Below, in pieces: positions 37,133 through 46,573 of a DNA stretch of 64,000 bases. Numbering within the stretch: position 1 is the first letter of the stretch; every line of letters begins with the position of its first letter. The stretch comes from Pseudobdellovibrionaceae bacterium (lineage in GTDB: Bacteria > Bdellovibrionota > Bdellovibrionia > Bdellovibrionales > Bdellovibrionaceae): the NCBI GenBank assembly GCA_013359135.1, contig JABWCN010000002.1, positions 50,253 to 114,252 on the forward strand, in the 5' to 3' direction. The notes under the pieces are model-generated. The model saw nothing but the letters and a program-made list of their open reading frames with translations, did no database searches and was not told the DNA's origin. The translations under genes were made by a program, and so were the position numbers.

Positions 37133-39739
37133 ATGTCTAAAACAAATTCACTGAAATTATGTATGGTACTATGTTTATTTTTTTTACTTTCATGTCAATT
37201 AGTTCGTCAAGAATCTATTGTCGGAAATTCCCCGAATAGAAATATTGCTTGGGATACTGATACTGTGAAACCGAGTGAGTTTAGCCAGGTACAAAGAATA
37301 TTTGATAGCCGTTGTGTTGCTTGCCATGCATGCTACAATTCACCTTGTCAGTTGAATTTGACAAGTTATGAAGGAGTTCTAAGAGGAGCTAATAAAAAAA
37401 GTATGTTTGATTTTGAGTTTGCTGACCGTCAGCCGACGAGACTAGGAGTTGATGCTAAATCTACTAAAGAATGGCATTCTAAAAAATTTGGATTTTATTC
37501 CGTTGTTGAAAATCTTTCTTCCTATGAAAAACAACAACTGGAGCCTACATCTGTTTTATGGAAAATGATAGATTTAAATAGTAATGTGTCCACTCAATTC
37601 GTCCGCCAACAAGGACCATTTGAATATGAAAAGAATGCTTTTTGTCCGACGGTTAAAGAGCTATCAATATACGAAGGTAAGACACAAGGCTTTGGTGATA
37701 GTATAAATCAACTTGGGAAAGTTTATTACGCAAAAGGAATGCCTTATGGCTTACCTCCATTATCAGAATCACAGGCTGGGATAATAAAGTCTTGGCTGCA
37801 AAAAGGGTTTTCGGGGTATTCTCTACAAGAGCAAGAACAAAGAGCTACAATTACTGAAAAGAATAGGCAAATTAGAGATTTTGTTGAAAATTTTTTGAAT
37901 TCATCAAATCCCTATCAAAAAGTAGTTTCAAGATACATTTATGAACACATTTTTTTGGCACATATTTACTTTGATGAAAACAATAGGGAGTTCTTTAGGT
38001 TAGTAAGATCAAGTAAACCACGTAGTGAAATTGGATCAGATGAAGAAATTTTTGAAATCGCAACTAGGAGACCAACAGATAATCCAGAGAGAAAATTTTA
38101 TTATTTATTTAAAAAAATAACAGAAACAATTGTTCAAAAAAATCATATTTTATATGGAATAAATTCTGAAAAAATTAATTATTGGATTCGAATTTTCGAA
38201 ATTGATAAAAATAAAGAAACATCACTTATAATGCCATCCTATGATAGTGAAAAGTCTTTAAATCCATTTGCGACGTTTAAAGATCTACCTTTAAAAGGTA
38301 GATTTCGATTTTTATTAGATGACAATTTTTATCATATTCAATCTTTTATTCTAGGACCTGTTTGTCGAGGTCAATTAGCTGTTGACTCTATTGAGGATCA
38401 TTTTTGGGTATTTTTTATGTCTCCAGAAAGTGATCCTATGTTAAAAGATGGTGGAGAGTTTATAAATAGTAATGTGAAATTAATTGGTGCTGCTGGGGTT
38501 GCTGGTTCATCTTTTGAGCTGAATATGAATCGCAATTTAGGTGAGTTTAGAAAAAAAAGAAAAGAGCTTTATAAGAATTTTGTATTTGATAAAAAAGTCT
38601 TATGGTTAGGAGATGAGGATGGGAATTACAAATCAAATAAGAAAAATAATTATCCCGTTTTAACAATTTTGCGACACTTTGATAATGCATCAGTTTTAAA
38701 GGGCCCCCTTGGAAGCGTACCTAAAACAATTTGGCTTATTGATTATCATATATTTGAAGATATGTATTACAATCTAGTGGCTGGCTATGATTTATTTTCT
38801 GGAAACTTTCATCATTTAAGAACGCGATTTCATATGGATGGTTCACGAGTTAATGGTCAAGATTTATTTTTGGGTCTTTTGCCTGATCCATATAGGTCAA
38901 TTCTTAGGGAGTCTTGGCATGTGAATTATAAAAAATCATTTGATCCAACAAATGTTATCAGCAAAGGATTAAATAAAATTCTAGCAGGTGATATTGTCGA
39001 AGCCTTTCCATCTAGAGAATCTAAAACAAAGTGGTTTACTTCAGATGAAATACTTTCTGTAACTCAAGAGCATAAAGCATCAATTGATGGCGCTAATCAA
39101 CTGAAGAAAAGTTTATTAACTAAAATGATAAAAGATATCGGGAGTAAAAGGTTACATCAAAAATTTATCGAAGAATGTTGTAGTCCATGGCCTAATAATC
39201 AAATATTTTATCCTGAAAATACCATTGATTTAGAATTTAAAAAAATATCTCGTTTACGAAGTGATCAGTTTGATTCATTACCAGATGTCACTTATATTTT
39301 ATTAACAGATGCAGACTCGGGAAAAGGAGATTTTCCTGTTTATACTTTAATTAACAATAAGCAACATTTTAATTTAGATCAGATGAGTAATGAATCAGGA
39401 AGACGAGATTTCAAAAATGATTATTTAACTGTTTTTAAAGGTATGGTAGGAAGTTTTCCAAATTTATTTCTAAAGCTTAAAAAGAATGAATTAAATCAGC
39501 TGATAAAAATGATTCAAAAAATTGCTAGATCAACTAATCAGATTTCCCTACTTGCTAACCCTGTATGGCAGGAGTTCTATAAAAGTGAATGGGTTGTAAG
39601 TCGTTTTAGTCCTGATTTTTGGGAAGTGTACGACCAACTCCATCAAATTCAGAATAATTATCGATTCTTGGAAAGTGGAGTCATCGATTTAAGTCATTAT
39701 AGCTATTTTGATGAGAATGAGGAAAAAGTTTATCGTTAG
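37133..39739 (+). CDS. cti: putative fatty-acid cis/trans isomerase (Cti family) with a heme c CxxCH motif; lipoprotein-type signal
   Basis: 868 aa with a signal peptide ending LLSC. A single CVACH heme-binding motif lies in an N-terminal CVACHACYNSPCQLNL context, which I recall as characteristic of Pseudomonas/Vibrio Cti. The size is comparable to Cti. I could not run a family search. Confidence 0.5.
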   Translation: MSKTNSLKLCMVLCLFFLLSCQLVRQESIVGNSPNRNIAWDTDTVKPSEFSQVQRIFDSRCVACHACYNSPCQLNLTSYEGVLRGANKKSMFDFEFADRQPTRLGVDAKSTKEWHSKKFGFYSVVENLSSYEKQQLEPTSVLWKMIDLNSNVSTQFVRQQGPFEYEKNAFCPTVKELSIYEGKTQGFGDSINQLGKVYYAKGMPYGLPPLSESQAGIIKSWLQKGFSGYSLQEQEQRATITEKNRQIRDFVENFLNSSNPYQKVVSRYIYEHIFLAHIYFDENNREFFRLVRSSKPRSEIGSDEEIFEIATRRPTDNPERKFYYLFKKITETIVQKNHILYGINSEKINYWIRIFEIDKNKETSLIMPSYDSEKSLNPFATFKDLPLKGRFRFLLDDNFYHIQSFILGPVCRGQLAVDSIEDHFWVFFMSPESDPMLKDGGEFINSNVKLIGAAGVAGSSFELNMNRNLGEFRKKRKELYKNFVFDKKVLWLGDEDGNYKSNKKNNYPVLTILRHFDNASVLKGPLGSVPKTIWLIDYHIFEDMYYNLVAGYDLFSGNFHHLRTRFHMDGSRVNGQDLFLGLLPDPYRSILRESWHVNYKKSFDPTNVISKGLNKILAGDIVEAFPSRESKTKWFTSDEILSVTQEHKASIDGANQLKKSLLTKMIKDIGSKRLHQKFIEECCSPWPNNQIFYPENTIDLEFKKISRLRSDQFDSLPDVTYILLTDADSGKGDFPVYTLINNKQHFNLDQMSNESGRRDFKNDYLTVFKGMVGSFPNLFLKLKKNELNQLIKMIQKIARSTNQISLLANPVWQEFYKSEWVVSRFSPDFWEVYDQLHQIQNNYRFLESGVIDLSHYSYFDENEEKVYR

Positions 39740-39946
39740 AAGCTTTTTTTCCTCAGTTGACCTTATGTAAAAAATCAAGACAACAAGACCAAAGCAGTTT
39801 TTAGATTCTAAAATTAAATACAATTTTTTTAATAAAAAATACAGGTTAAAAGTTTCTGTCGAAAAGTTCGTCAAACTATAACGGCACTTTGTAAAGAGCT
39901 TTGACACCTTTTTTCACTTAAAATGAATTTATATCTAGCTCACAGT

Positions 39947-39962
39947 TGGAACGGATGTCGCA
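39947..39962 (+). promoter_or_regulatory. sigma-54-like -24/-12 element (TGGAAC-N5-TCGCA)
   Basis: GG and GC with the correct 10-nt separation. Two mismatches to TGGCAC-N5-TTGC. It is 105 bp upstream of the 40067 ORF. Confidence 0.25.
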
Positions 39963-40066
39963 GTATGACCACTTGAAAGATTGTTGCACTGGAATAAATG
40001 AAATCAATTTCTGTGGTTTGCATGATATCCAAGAGTTATAAAATAATAAATTTTTAGGGTGTAAAA

Positions 40067-40657
40067 ATGAAGAACTTAGTTATTTTTTGTTATATCATTA
40101 TAGCTTGCTCTAATTCAGTTAGAGCAACCGAGGTAAACTCCAATATTTGTGCTGGTGAATTTTCACCTGCAACATTAATAGTTCGTGAAGTAAATGAATG
40201 TTCTGAAAGTGAAATTAATCAGAATTACCTTAAAATTTTAGAATTAGAAGATCATGTCAAAAGGGATCAAATTTATCTCCAGAAACTTAAAGAGCAGTCG
40301 GGTAGAAATAAAGTTAGTTATAATCAAGTTGTTTTTGTTGAAACACATTATTTAACTATGGCGTGGTTAAGTCTTGGTTCTGGTGTCATTAGTGGATTAG
40401 GCTATGTTATGCATGGATTAACAGAAGGTGGGAAATTATTCCCTAATTCATCTAAAATTTTTAAGGGTTCAGTTATCACATTAATTTTGAGTGAATTATC
40501 ACATATAGCTGCTAAGGAAGAAAAATCAAGACTTGAAATTGAGTTTAAAGATATTCCCCTGCTCGAGAAAAGTATAACAGCAATGAGATCTGAGATTCAA
40601 TTGAGGAAAAAAGCAATTGAAATTGCTTTGAAAATTAAAAGTTTTAAAAGTAAATAG
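40067..40657 (+). CDS. secreted hypothetical protein
   Basis: 196 aa with a signal peptide and an internal hydrophobic segment. I recognise no domain. Confidence 0.4.
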   Translation: MKNLVIFCYIIIACSNSVRATEVNSNICAGEFSPATLIVREVNECSESEINQNYLKILELEDHVKRDQIYLQKLKEQSGRNKVSYNQVVFVETHYLTMAWLSLGSGVISGLGYVMHGLTEGGKLFPNSSKIFKGSVITLILSELSHIAAKEEKSRLEIEFKDIPLLEKSITAMRSEIQLRKKAIEIALKIKSFKSK

Positions 40658-40680
40658 TTGTCTTTTTTTAGAAAGTTTTC

Positions 40681-41451
40681 ATGGTGAGAGTAGTTGTTTT
40701 TATTTTTATAATAGTTAAATTTACCACCTCATTTGCTTTGGATATGACTCCCAATGGAATTTATCGGGCGACAAAAGAAGCTTGTCTGGAGTTAGCAGAT
40801 AAAGATTTGAACTCATCGGCATATGATAGGATTGCAGCTGGGTATTTTCCCACGCGTGACTATACGGAAATGATGACATTTATTCGGAGTGAGAGCTTCA
40901 AGAAAGCAATCAACGATTTTAATTTTTCTGAAAATGTTGCCACTACAATGGTTCTAAATCAAAACGACTTCCATAGAGCTATAGCAGAGTGTGCTAAAGA
41001 TAATAAACGACTTAAACAAATTTTTTTAGATTCAGTTATAAGATCTGATAAGGCGGGTAAGTCCCTTGCTATATTTATTATCTTTGTTGGTATAAAGGGT
41101 TGGTCTTCGATTTTAAAAAAATTTCCTAATGAAATTTCAGGATATTTCATTAACTTTCATAAATATCTAGTTACTTTTTTGGGGCTATCCTTTCTTGAAG
41201 GAGATAGTTCGAAGTCTAATATTCAGAAAATCGATCATACTCAACTTATCAAGCTCTTGGAAAATAAAAAAGATCATTTTCAATCGATTTTTCTATCAAT
41301 TCAGGCGCAAATTTTTTCTGAACAGGAAAAGATTGAAAGATGTGGACAATGTTCAGATCTTGAACAGCTAAAGGTAAATCGTGAAGCTTTGATTGAGTTG
41401 CTCAACGCTGTAGATAAAAGCAAAGCCCAGGAAAATTTAAAGATGCCCTAG
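40681..41451 (+). CDS. secreted hypothetical protein
   Basis: 256 aa with a signal peptide. Helical. It is 24 bp after the previous ORF, so probably co-transcribed. Confidence 0.4.
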   Translation: MVRVVVFIFIIVKFTTSFALDMTPNGIYRATKEACLELADKDLNSSAYDRIAAGYFPTRDYTEMMTFIRSESFKKAINDFNFSENVATTMVLNQNDFHRAIAECAKDNKRLKQIFLDSVIRSDKAGKSLAIFIIFVGIKGWSSILKKFPNEISGYFINFHKYLVTFLGLSFLEGDSSKSNIQKIDHTQLIKLLENKKDHFQSIFLSIQAQIFSEQEKIERCGQCSDLEQLKVNREALIELLNAVDKSKAQENLKMP

Positions 41452-41553
41452 CTTTAGATTGATATTCCATATTTATCCAACTTTTTTGAAATTCTATAAA
41501 ATTTATCTAATTCTGAAAATTTATTATGATGAGAATGAGGAAAAAGTTCATTG

Positions 41554-42033
41554 TTAGATTTCTTGAGCTTCCCTAGCTAGTTCTTGTTCTGAGGCTATTT
41601 GTTCTTGCATATCTTTATTGATTTTTTCAAATTTAATAAGCGAACCTTTGCCAACCCCAGGACAGAAATTAACAACTTCTTTTTTCCAGGCTTTGGCGCT
41701 CATAACCTCTGGCCAAAAGGGCCAAGTTCGGCACTGAGTTGGTCTTGCCTCATAAATAGAGCACTTTTTATTTTTCAAAAAATGACAGTCGGGATTGTTT
41801 GGAGTTTCGATTAAATGCCAGAAACCATTTGTTCTTTGGCAAAATCTTTTAGTAAATTGAGAGGTTGTTAATTCAAGATGTTTTGCCATGCGTTTTCTGT
41901 CGGAAAGCGTTAAAAATACGAAGCCAAATTCGCCATGTGAAGTGCAGCATTTACCGGATCCTTGGCATTCGAATTTGATTCCTTTTTCAAATAATTTAAG
42001 ATCGATTTTTGTCTTTAACATTGTTAACCTCAA
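41554..42033 (-). CDS. YkgJ/UPF0153-like cysteine-cluster (putative Fe-S/Zn) protein
   Basis: 159 aa with 13 Cys, including the CQGSGKCC and CPG clusters typical of the CxxCxxCC domain family. Confidence 0.5.
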   Translation of the reverse strand: MRLTMLKTKIDLKLFEKGIKFECQGSGKCCTSHGEFGFVFLTLSDRKRMAKHLELTTSQFTKRFCQRTNGFWHLIETPNNPDCHFLKNKKCSIYEARPTQCRTWPFWPEVMSAKAWKKEVVNFCPGVGKGSLIKFEKINKDMQEQIASEQELAREAQEI

Positions 42034-42461
42034 GAGCTTAAAGGCTTCTGTAAATAGGGTTCAAATAGTGTCTTAACTTCGCTAGGAACATAAATTTTTT
42101 TGAAAGTTTTTTTATCCACAAAGACGTGGGTAATTTGACACTGAGTCAGTGTTTTTCTTTGGGAAGCACCTTCTTCTATGAACTCGTACACTGAGGTAAA
42201 ACTTGAGTCACTGATTTTGTTAAGGCACAAATGAACCTGCATGATTGTCCCAGGTTTTATAGGTCTTAAAAAACTAGCTTCGGAATTGACAATAGGAATA
42301 GCCCAGTCCTGATTTTCGAACCAGAAAACCCACTTGGGATTTAAACTCAAAAGCCAAGACTCATAAACACGATGGCAAATATCCCAGGTATTAGCAAAAA
42401 ATAAGATTCCCGCTGGGTCACATTGGTCGAAGCTGATTTGATGATGGTAGATATAATTCAT
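42030..42461 (-). CDS. hotdog-fold acyl-CoA thioesterase (4HBT/YbgC-like), possibly DHNA-CoA thioesterase
   Basis: 143 aa. The N-terminal ISFDQCDPAGILFFANTWDICHRVYESWL pattern is typical of 4HBT thioesterases. It is divergent from the polyprenyl synthase. Confidence 0.55.
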   Translation of the reverse strand: MNYIYHHQISFDQCDPAGILFFANTWDICHRVYESWLLSLNPKWVFWFENQDWAIPIVNSEASFLRPIKPGTIMQVHLCLNKISDSSFTSVYEFIEEGASQRKTLTQCQITHVFVDKKTFKKIYVPSEVKTLFEPYLQKPLSS

Positions 42462-42482
42462 ATTTGTTTTAACTGAAGTATT

Positions 42483-43469
42483 GTGTTAAATCCATTAAAT
42501 CTCAAGGAGAATTTTCTGTTTAATAGTCATGATTTAAAAATATATAGTCCCAAAGATTTTCCTTCTTATTTGCCTAAGTTAAATAATCTGTATGATGATC
42601 TTTTTTCTGGAGGAAAAGGCTTTAGAGCCAAGCTAGTCAAGTGGGTTGGGGAGAGTTTAAGACTTTCTCGTGAAGCAGAACATTTATTGGCTCAGACCAT
42701 TGAATTTATTCATAATGCTTCTTTGCTTCATGATGATCTTGTTGATCGATCCCATCTTCGTCGTGGTAAACCTGCTGCTTGGACAAAATACACTCCAGAG
42801 TATGCTGTTCTTGCTGGTGATTATTTGTTAGCAAGAGTAATGGTTAACTTGTCGCAGTTTGGAAATATCAAGTTGGTTCAATACACTGCGGAAATGATTT
42901 CAGACTTACTTGAGGGTGAGTGGTTGCAAGATTCTGTTGTGGGAGATTTTTTTGTTTCTCCTCAACAGTTGGATCTTATTCATGAACTAAAAACTGCGTC
43001 TTTATTTAAATGGTGCTTAAAGGCCCCTTTTATTGCAGCTAAAAAAGAAGACCCAGAATTATTAGCAATTATTGATGAGATGGGTTCTTTGTTGGGATTA
43101 CTTTTTCAACGTAGTGATGACCTTTTAGACTATGATATCAGAAATGCGGAGGGAAAGGCTGTTTTGGGTGACCTTAAATCTAAGTATTTGAATTCTTTTG
43201 GCGCTTTTATCTGTCAGGGCAAGTCTAGAACTGAAATTGACAATATCGTTAGAAGCCAGAATTTAGAAACCTTCTTTCAAGCCGTTGGTGGAAAACACTT
43301 TTTCGATTTAAAACTTAAAGAATTCGATGAAATGAATAGTCAAAAGATCGAACTATACTTTCATCATATGTCTCGTTTGAAAGAAAAACTAAATAATGAT
43401 GAACAAGATATGATTAACTTTTTAAGCCCTTTACCTGATTTACTATATTGGAGAAAGAAACCAGGATGA
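42483..43469 (+). CDS. polyprenyl diphosphate synthase (trans-IPPS, long-chain)
   Basis: First DDxxD in LLHDDLVDR. Second aspartate-rich motif FQRSDDLLDY. Confidence 0.85.
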   Translation: MLNPLNLKENFLFNSHDLKIYSPKDFPSYLPKLNNLYDDLFSGGKGFRAKLVKWVGESLRLSREAEHLLAQTIEFIHNASLLHDDLVDRSHLRRGKPAAWTKYTPEYAVLAGDYLLARVMVNLSQFGNIKLVQYTAEMISDLLEGEWLQDSVVGDFFVSPQQLDLIHELKTASLFKWCLKAPFIAAKKEDPELLAIIDEMGSLLGLLFQRSDDLLDYDIRNAEGKAVLGDLKSKYLNSFGAFICQGKSRTEIDNIVRSQNLETFFQAVGGKHFFDLKLKEFDEMNSQKIELYFHHMSRLKEKLNNDEQDMINFLSPLPDLLYWRKKPG

Positions 43470-44557
43470 AGCGCCTTTACACCGTAAGTAAGAAATCTCA
43501 AAATTTTGAAAAGTATTTAGACGGGACATTCTCAGCTACAGATGTCGCATTGGTGTTAGAAACTCATAATTTGAATTCTTTAGAAGAAAGTATTACGTTT
43601 GAGATTAAAAATAGAGATCAAATTGTAAAACCAAATTGGTTACAGATTTTGCTGACTTTATCAAAACCATATAAGTTTATTTATTTATTTTTTCCTGTGT
43701 TATTTATATTATTAGATTTTCTAATTCATGGAGTTGAATTTGATCAGCTAACGACGGTATTATCGGTGATATCTGCTATACTCCTTTTTTTAGGCATTAA
43801 CTTGATGTCTGACTTTAGAGATCATTTGCAAGGTTTTGATCGAGTCAATGAAAACCACAAATCAAAACCTATTTTTTTGGGATGGGTCAGAGCTATTAGG
43901 GTTAAACAAAGTGCTTTGTGTTTGATTTTTTTATCATTCCTATTTTCTATCCCAGTATTGATTGCTTTTCCAAGGTTGTTGTTTATTGTTGTGATAACGG
44001 GAACTATTATTTTTTATAGTCTTTTGAGGAGAAAGAAAAGCTATAGAGATCATTTATTTGGAGATGTTTTTTGGGCAATTTTGGTTGGACCATTACTATC
44101 TACGGGAATGCAAGTCGCTTTTTCTGGAATTGTTCAGTTAAAATATTTTTTATTTGGTTGTGTTTGGGGAATTCTAATTTTCTTTAGAATTCAAATCTCT
44201 AATTTTGAACATATATTATCGAGTTCATTGGCAAAAGTTAAAAACTTAGTTAATTACTTTGGATTTGAACATTCAAAGAAGTTTCTTTTTTCAATCTGGA
44301 CATTATTCTTGCTAAGTTTTGTTTTTTTTCAAGCAGCATTTCATCACTGGTTAATCTGGATGGGGACTGTTTTAATAATCTTTTTTATGGGATATAAGCA
44401 GTTTAGGTTGTTATATAAATTATCATCTCCTTCAGGATCTGAGATGAAGATAGTCAATGAAGGGTTGAAAGTCTTGTGGGCTAGTATGATTATGCTATGG
44501 CTGGTGCAGATTGTTTTTGAATACCTAATGATTATTTCAGGAGCAAATTTTATTTGA
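43448..44557 (+). CDS. polytopic membrane protein, possibly a UbiA-superfamily prenyltransferase (degenerate motifs)
   Basis: 8-9 predicted transmembrane segments after a ~70 aa soluble N-terminus. Loop motifs NLMSDFRDHLQGFD and YRDHLFGD only loosely resemble NDxxDxxxD / DxxxD. It overlaps the polyprenyl synthase by 22 bp. Confidence 0.35.
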   Translation: MEKETRMKRLYTVSKKSQNFEKYLDGTFSATDVALVLETHNLNSLEESITFEIKNRDQIVKPNWLQILLTLSKPYKFIYLFFPVLFILLDFLIHGVEFDQLTTVLSVISAILLFLGINLMSDFRDHLQGFDRVNENHKSKPIFLGWVRAIRVKQSALCLIFLSFLFSIPVLIAFPRLLFIVVITGTIIFYSLLRRKKSYRDHLFGDVFWAILVGPLLSTGMQVAFSGIVQLKYFLFGCVWGILIFFRIQISNFEHILSSSLAKVKNLVNYFGFEHSKKFLFSIWTLFLLSFVFFQAAFHHWLIWMGTVLIIFFMGYKQFRLLYKLSSPSGSEMKIVNEGLKVLWASMIMLWLVQIVFEYLMIISGANFI

Positions 44558-45354
44558 AATCTATTTTTATTGAAACAGATACATTGGAGTCTCAATTAAA
44601 AGCGAAAGATTTTTTAAGACCTTTCTTTGAAATTCAATGTTTTTCAATAAATTTGAATTCAATAACGCAACAGACTGATAGCATGTCTAAACGATATTTT
44701 AAAAAAAAAATTGAAGAGTTTAAAAAGCAAACACAAAAAGATAATTTTTTCTATTTAATTCATGAGAAAGATAAATGGATTTTATTAGATGAAGAGCAAA
44801 ACTCTTTGATGATTGATTTTGATGAAGATCACTTGAATTATCGACGTAAGTCAGCGGGAAAAAATGATTTGCTACTAAAAGCTATCGGAAAAAAAAGTGA
44901 AAATATTTTGGACGTAAGTTGTGGACTTGGAATTGATAGTGTTTTTCTTTTAGGTCAGGGGTTTACCGTCGAATCTTTTGAAAGAAATCCATTAGTTTAT
45001 TTTTTGCTGGAGCAAGCGAAAACAAGTTCATCTAGAAATGAAATTAAATCTTGGCCAATATACTTTTTAGACTCACAAAGTGATAGTTTTGATGAAATTG
45101 TTAAGCAGAAAAATTTTGATGTTATTTATTTTGATCCTATGTTTCCTGAAAAAAAGAAAACGGCATTGTCTAAACAAGAAATGCAGCTTTTTAAAAATTT
45201 AGTTGGATCTGATGAGGATGCTATTGAGATTTTAAAAAGACTTCTTATGTATGGAAAAAAAGTCGTTGTTAAGAGGCCTCTTCGAAGTGAATATTTACTA
45301 GAAAAGCCAAAAATGACTTTTGAAGGTAACTCCATTCGTTTTGAAGTTTATTAG
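44554..45354 (+). CDS. rsmJ: 16S rRNA m2G1516 methyltransferase RsmJ-like (class I SAM MTase, DUF548)
   Basis: LDVSCGLGIDSVFLLGQGFTVESFERNP and DPMFPEKKKTALSKQEMQLFKNLVGSDEDA...KKVVVKRP...RFEVY align motif for motif with E. coli RsmJ/YhiQ. Confidence 0.75.
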   Translation: MKSIFIETDTLESQLKAKDFLRPFFEIQCFSINLNSITQQTDSMSKRYFKKKIEEFKKQTQKDNFFYLIHEKDKWILLDEEQNSLMIDFDEDHLNYRRKSAGKNDLLLKAIGKKSENILDVSCGLGIDSVFLLGQGFTVESFERNPLVYFLLEQAKTSSSRNEIKSWPIYFLDSQSDSFDEIVKQKNFDVIYFDPMFPEKKKTALSKQEMQLFKNLVGSDEDAIEILKRLLMYGKKVVVKRPLRSEYLLEKPKMTFEGNSIRFEVY

Positions 45355-45375
45355 TCAATCAAGGAGAAAACGCAG

Positions 45376-46572
45376 ATGTTATTGTTTTTTGGTTTTTATG
45401 TAGTTATTTTATTTCTTTTTTACCAATTAAATATTCTTTTGAATAGAGTTGAGAAAAAATTTTTTTTCCAGTTTCTGACGTCTGATTCTGAAAAAATAAA
45501 AGACTGGATCCTGCCTCTAGTTAGCCTTAATTTTTTAGGTACTCAATTTGTTCCAAGAAACAGAGAACTTCTACTTTTTTGGCGTAGCCAAATTTGGAGT
45601 CTAAAAAAATTTTTATTTGCGTCAGCACAGACACTATTTTCATATTTTTGGTTAATTTTAATTTTAGTTATTTTGTTTGAAATTAATAGTGGCTATATTT
45701 TTGTTATGGTTGCTTGTATTTTTATAGTTGATCACCTTTGTATGCAATTTTTTAAGCAGCTAAATGTAAAATGGTTGTCTTATTTTATTGAGATACTAGT
45801 AGTATTAGGAATTATTTTATTTTTTATTGAGCAGGTTATTCGTTTGGCTCCAGTTTATTTACCATATCTAGAAGAGACTGGAATTGTTTTTTATTTGACT
45901 GATTCAGCTATTCTTAATGGTTTGGGACTTTTATTTATGACATTTGTGTTAGGATTTTTTTTGCCAATTCAAGGTTTTGGTTTAATCTTAGGATTATTTT
46001 TGTATTTGAATTCGCAAATCTCTTACGTCAATTTAGCATTTTTGATTTCTGGAGAATCTTTTTTTTGGATTTTTCAGCTGGGTTATTTATTTTATAAATC
46101 TGGTAAAAATTATTTCAAATATACTTATAGACTGGGATTTTATCTAATTTTATCTCAGTTAGCGTTTCTATTTTCAGCCTATTTGATCAAAAGTAATTTT
46201 TTATTTAACGGTGGCTATGGAGATTTTTATTCATTGAAATTAAATTTTTTATCTTTGGTGGTTTTGAATTTAGTTCTAAAATATTTTACTTTTATGATTT
46301 GGGGGCATTTTAATTCAGCTTTGCCGAAAGGTGAAATTTTAATTACTGACAAGACTTTAGTTGATGAGAAATTTATTTATTTTGATGAAAAATCACTTTT
46401 TTGGATTTATCAAAAGCTAGATCAAAGACTAAAAAAAATACTTCAATTTCAACTAGAATTAAATGAGCATAATAAGGATAAAATTCCTTTATTTACGCTA
46501 GAAAAGTTTGATAATGAGAGAGCTGTTCTGAACGATTTAGTTCAAGTAATTAATGTCAGATTGAAAGAGTAA
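45376..46572 (+). CDS. polytopic membrane protein, hypothetical
   Basis: 398 aa with about 10 hydrophobic segments. It ends 2 bp before the PP2C phosphatase gene. Confidence 0.45.
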   Translation: MLLFFGFYVVILFLFYQLNILLNRVEKKFFFQFLTSDSEKIKDWILPLVSLNFLGTQFVPRNRELLLFWRSQIWSLKKFLFASAQTLFSYFWLILILVILFEINSGYIFVMVACIFIVDHLCMQFFKQLNVKWLSYFIEILVVLGIILFFIEQVIRLAPVYLPYLEETGIVFYLTDSAILNGLGLLFMTFVLGFFLPIQGFGLILGLFLYLNSQISYVNLAFLISGESFFWIFQLGYLFYKSGKNYFKYTYRLGFYLILSQLAFLFSAYLIKSNFLFNGGYGDFYSLKLNFLSLVVLNLVLKYFTFMIWGHFNSALPKGEILITDKTLVDEKFIYFDEKSLFWIYQKLDQRLKKILQFQLELNEHNKDKIPLFTLEKFDNERAVLNDLVQVINVRLKE

Positions 46573-46573
46573 A

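Noticed and set aside
39689-39907. 72-aa minus ORF overlapping the Cti 3' end
   Set aside because: It overlaps Cti antisense and continues into an AT-rich intergenic region. It has no support.
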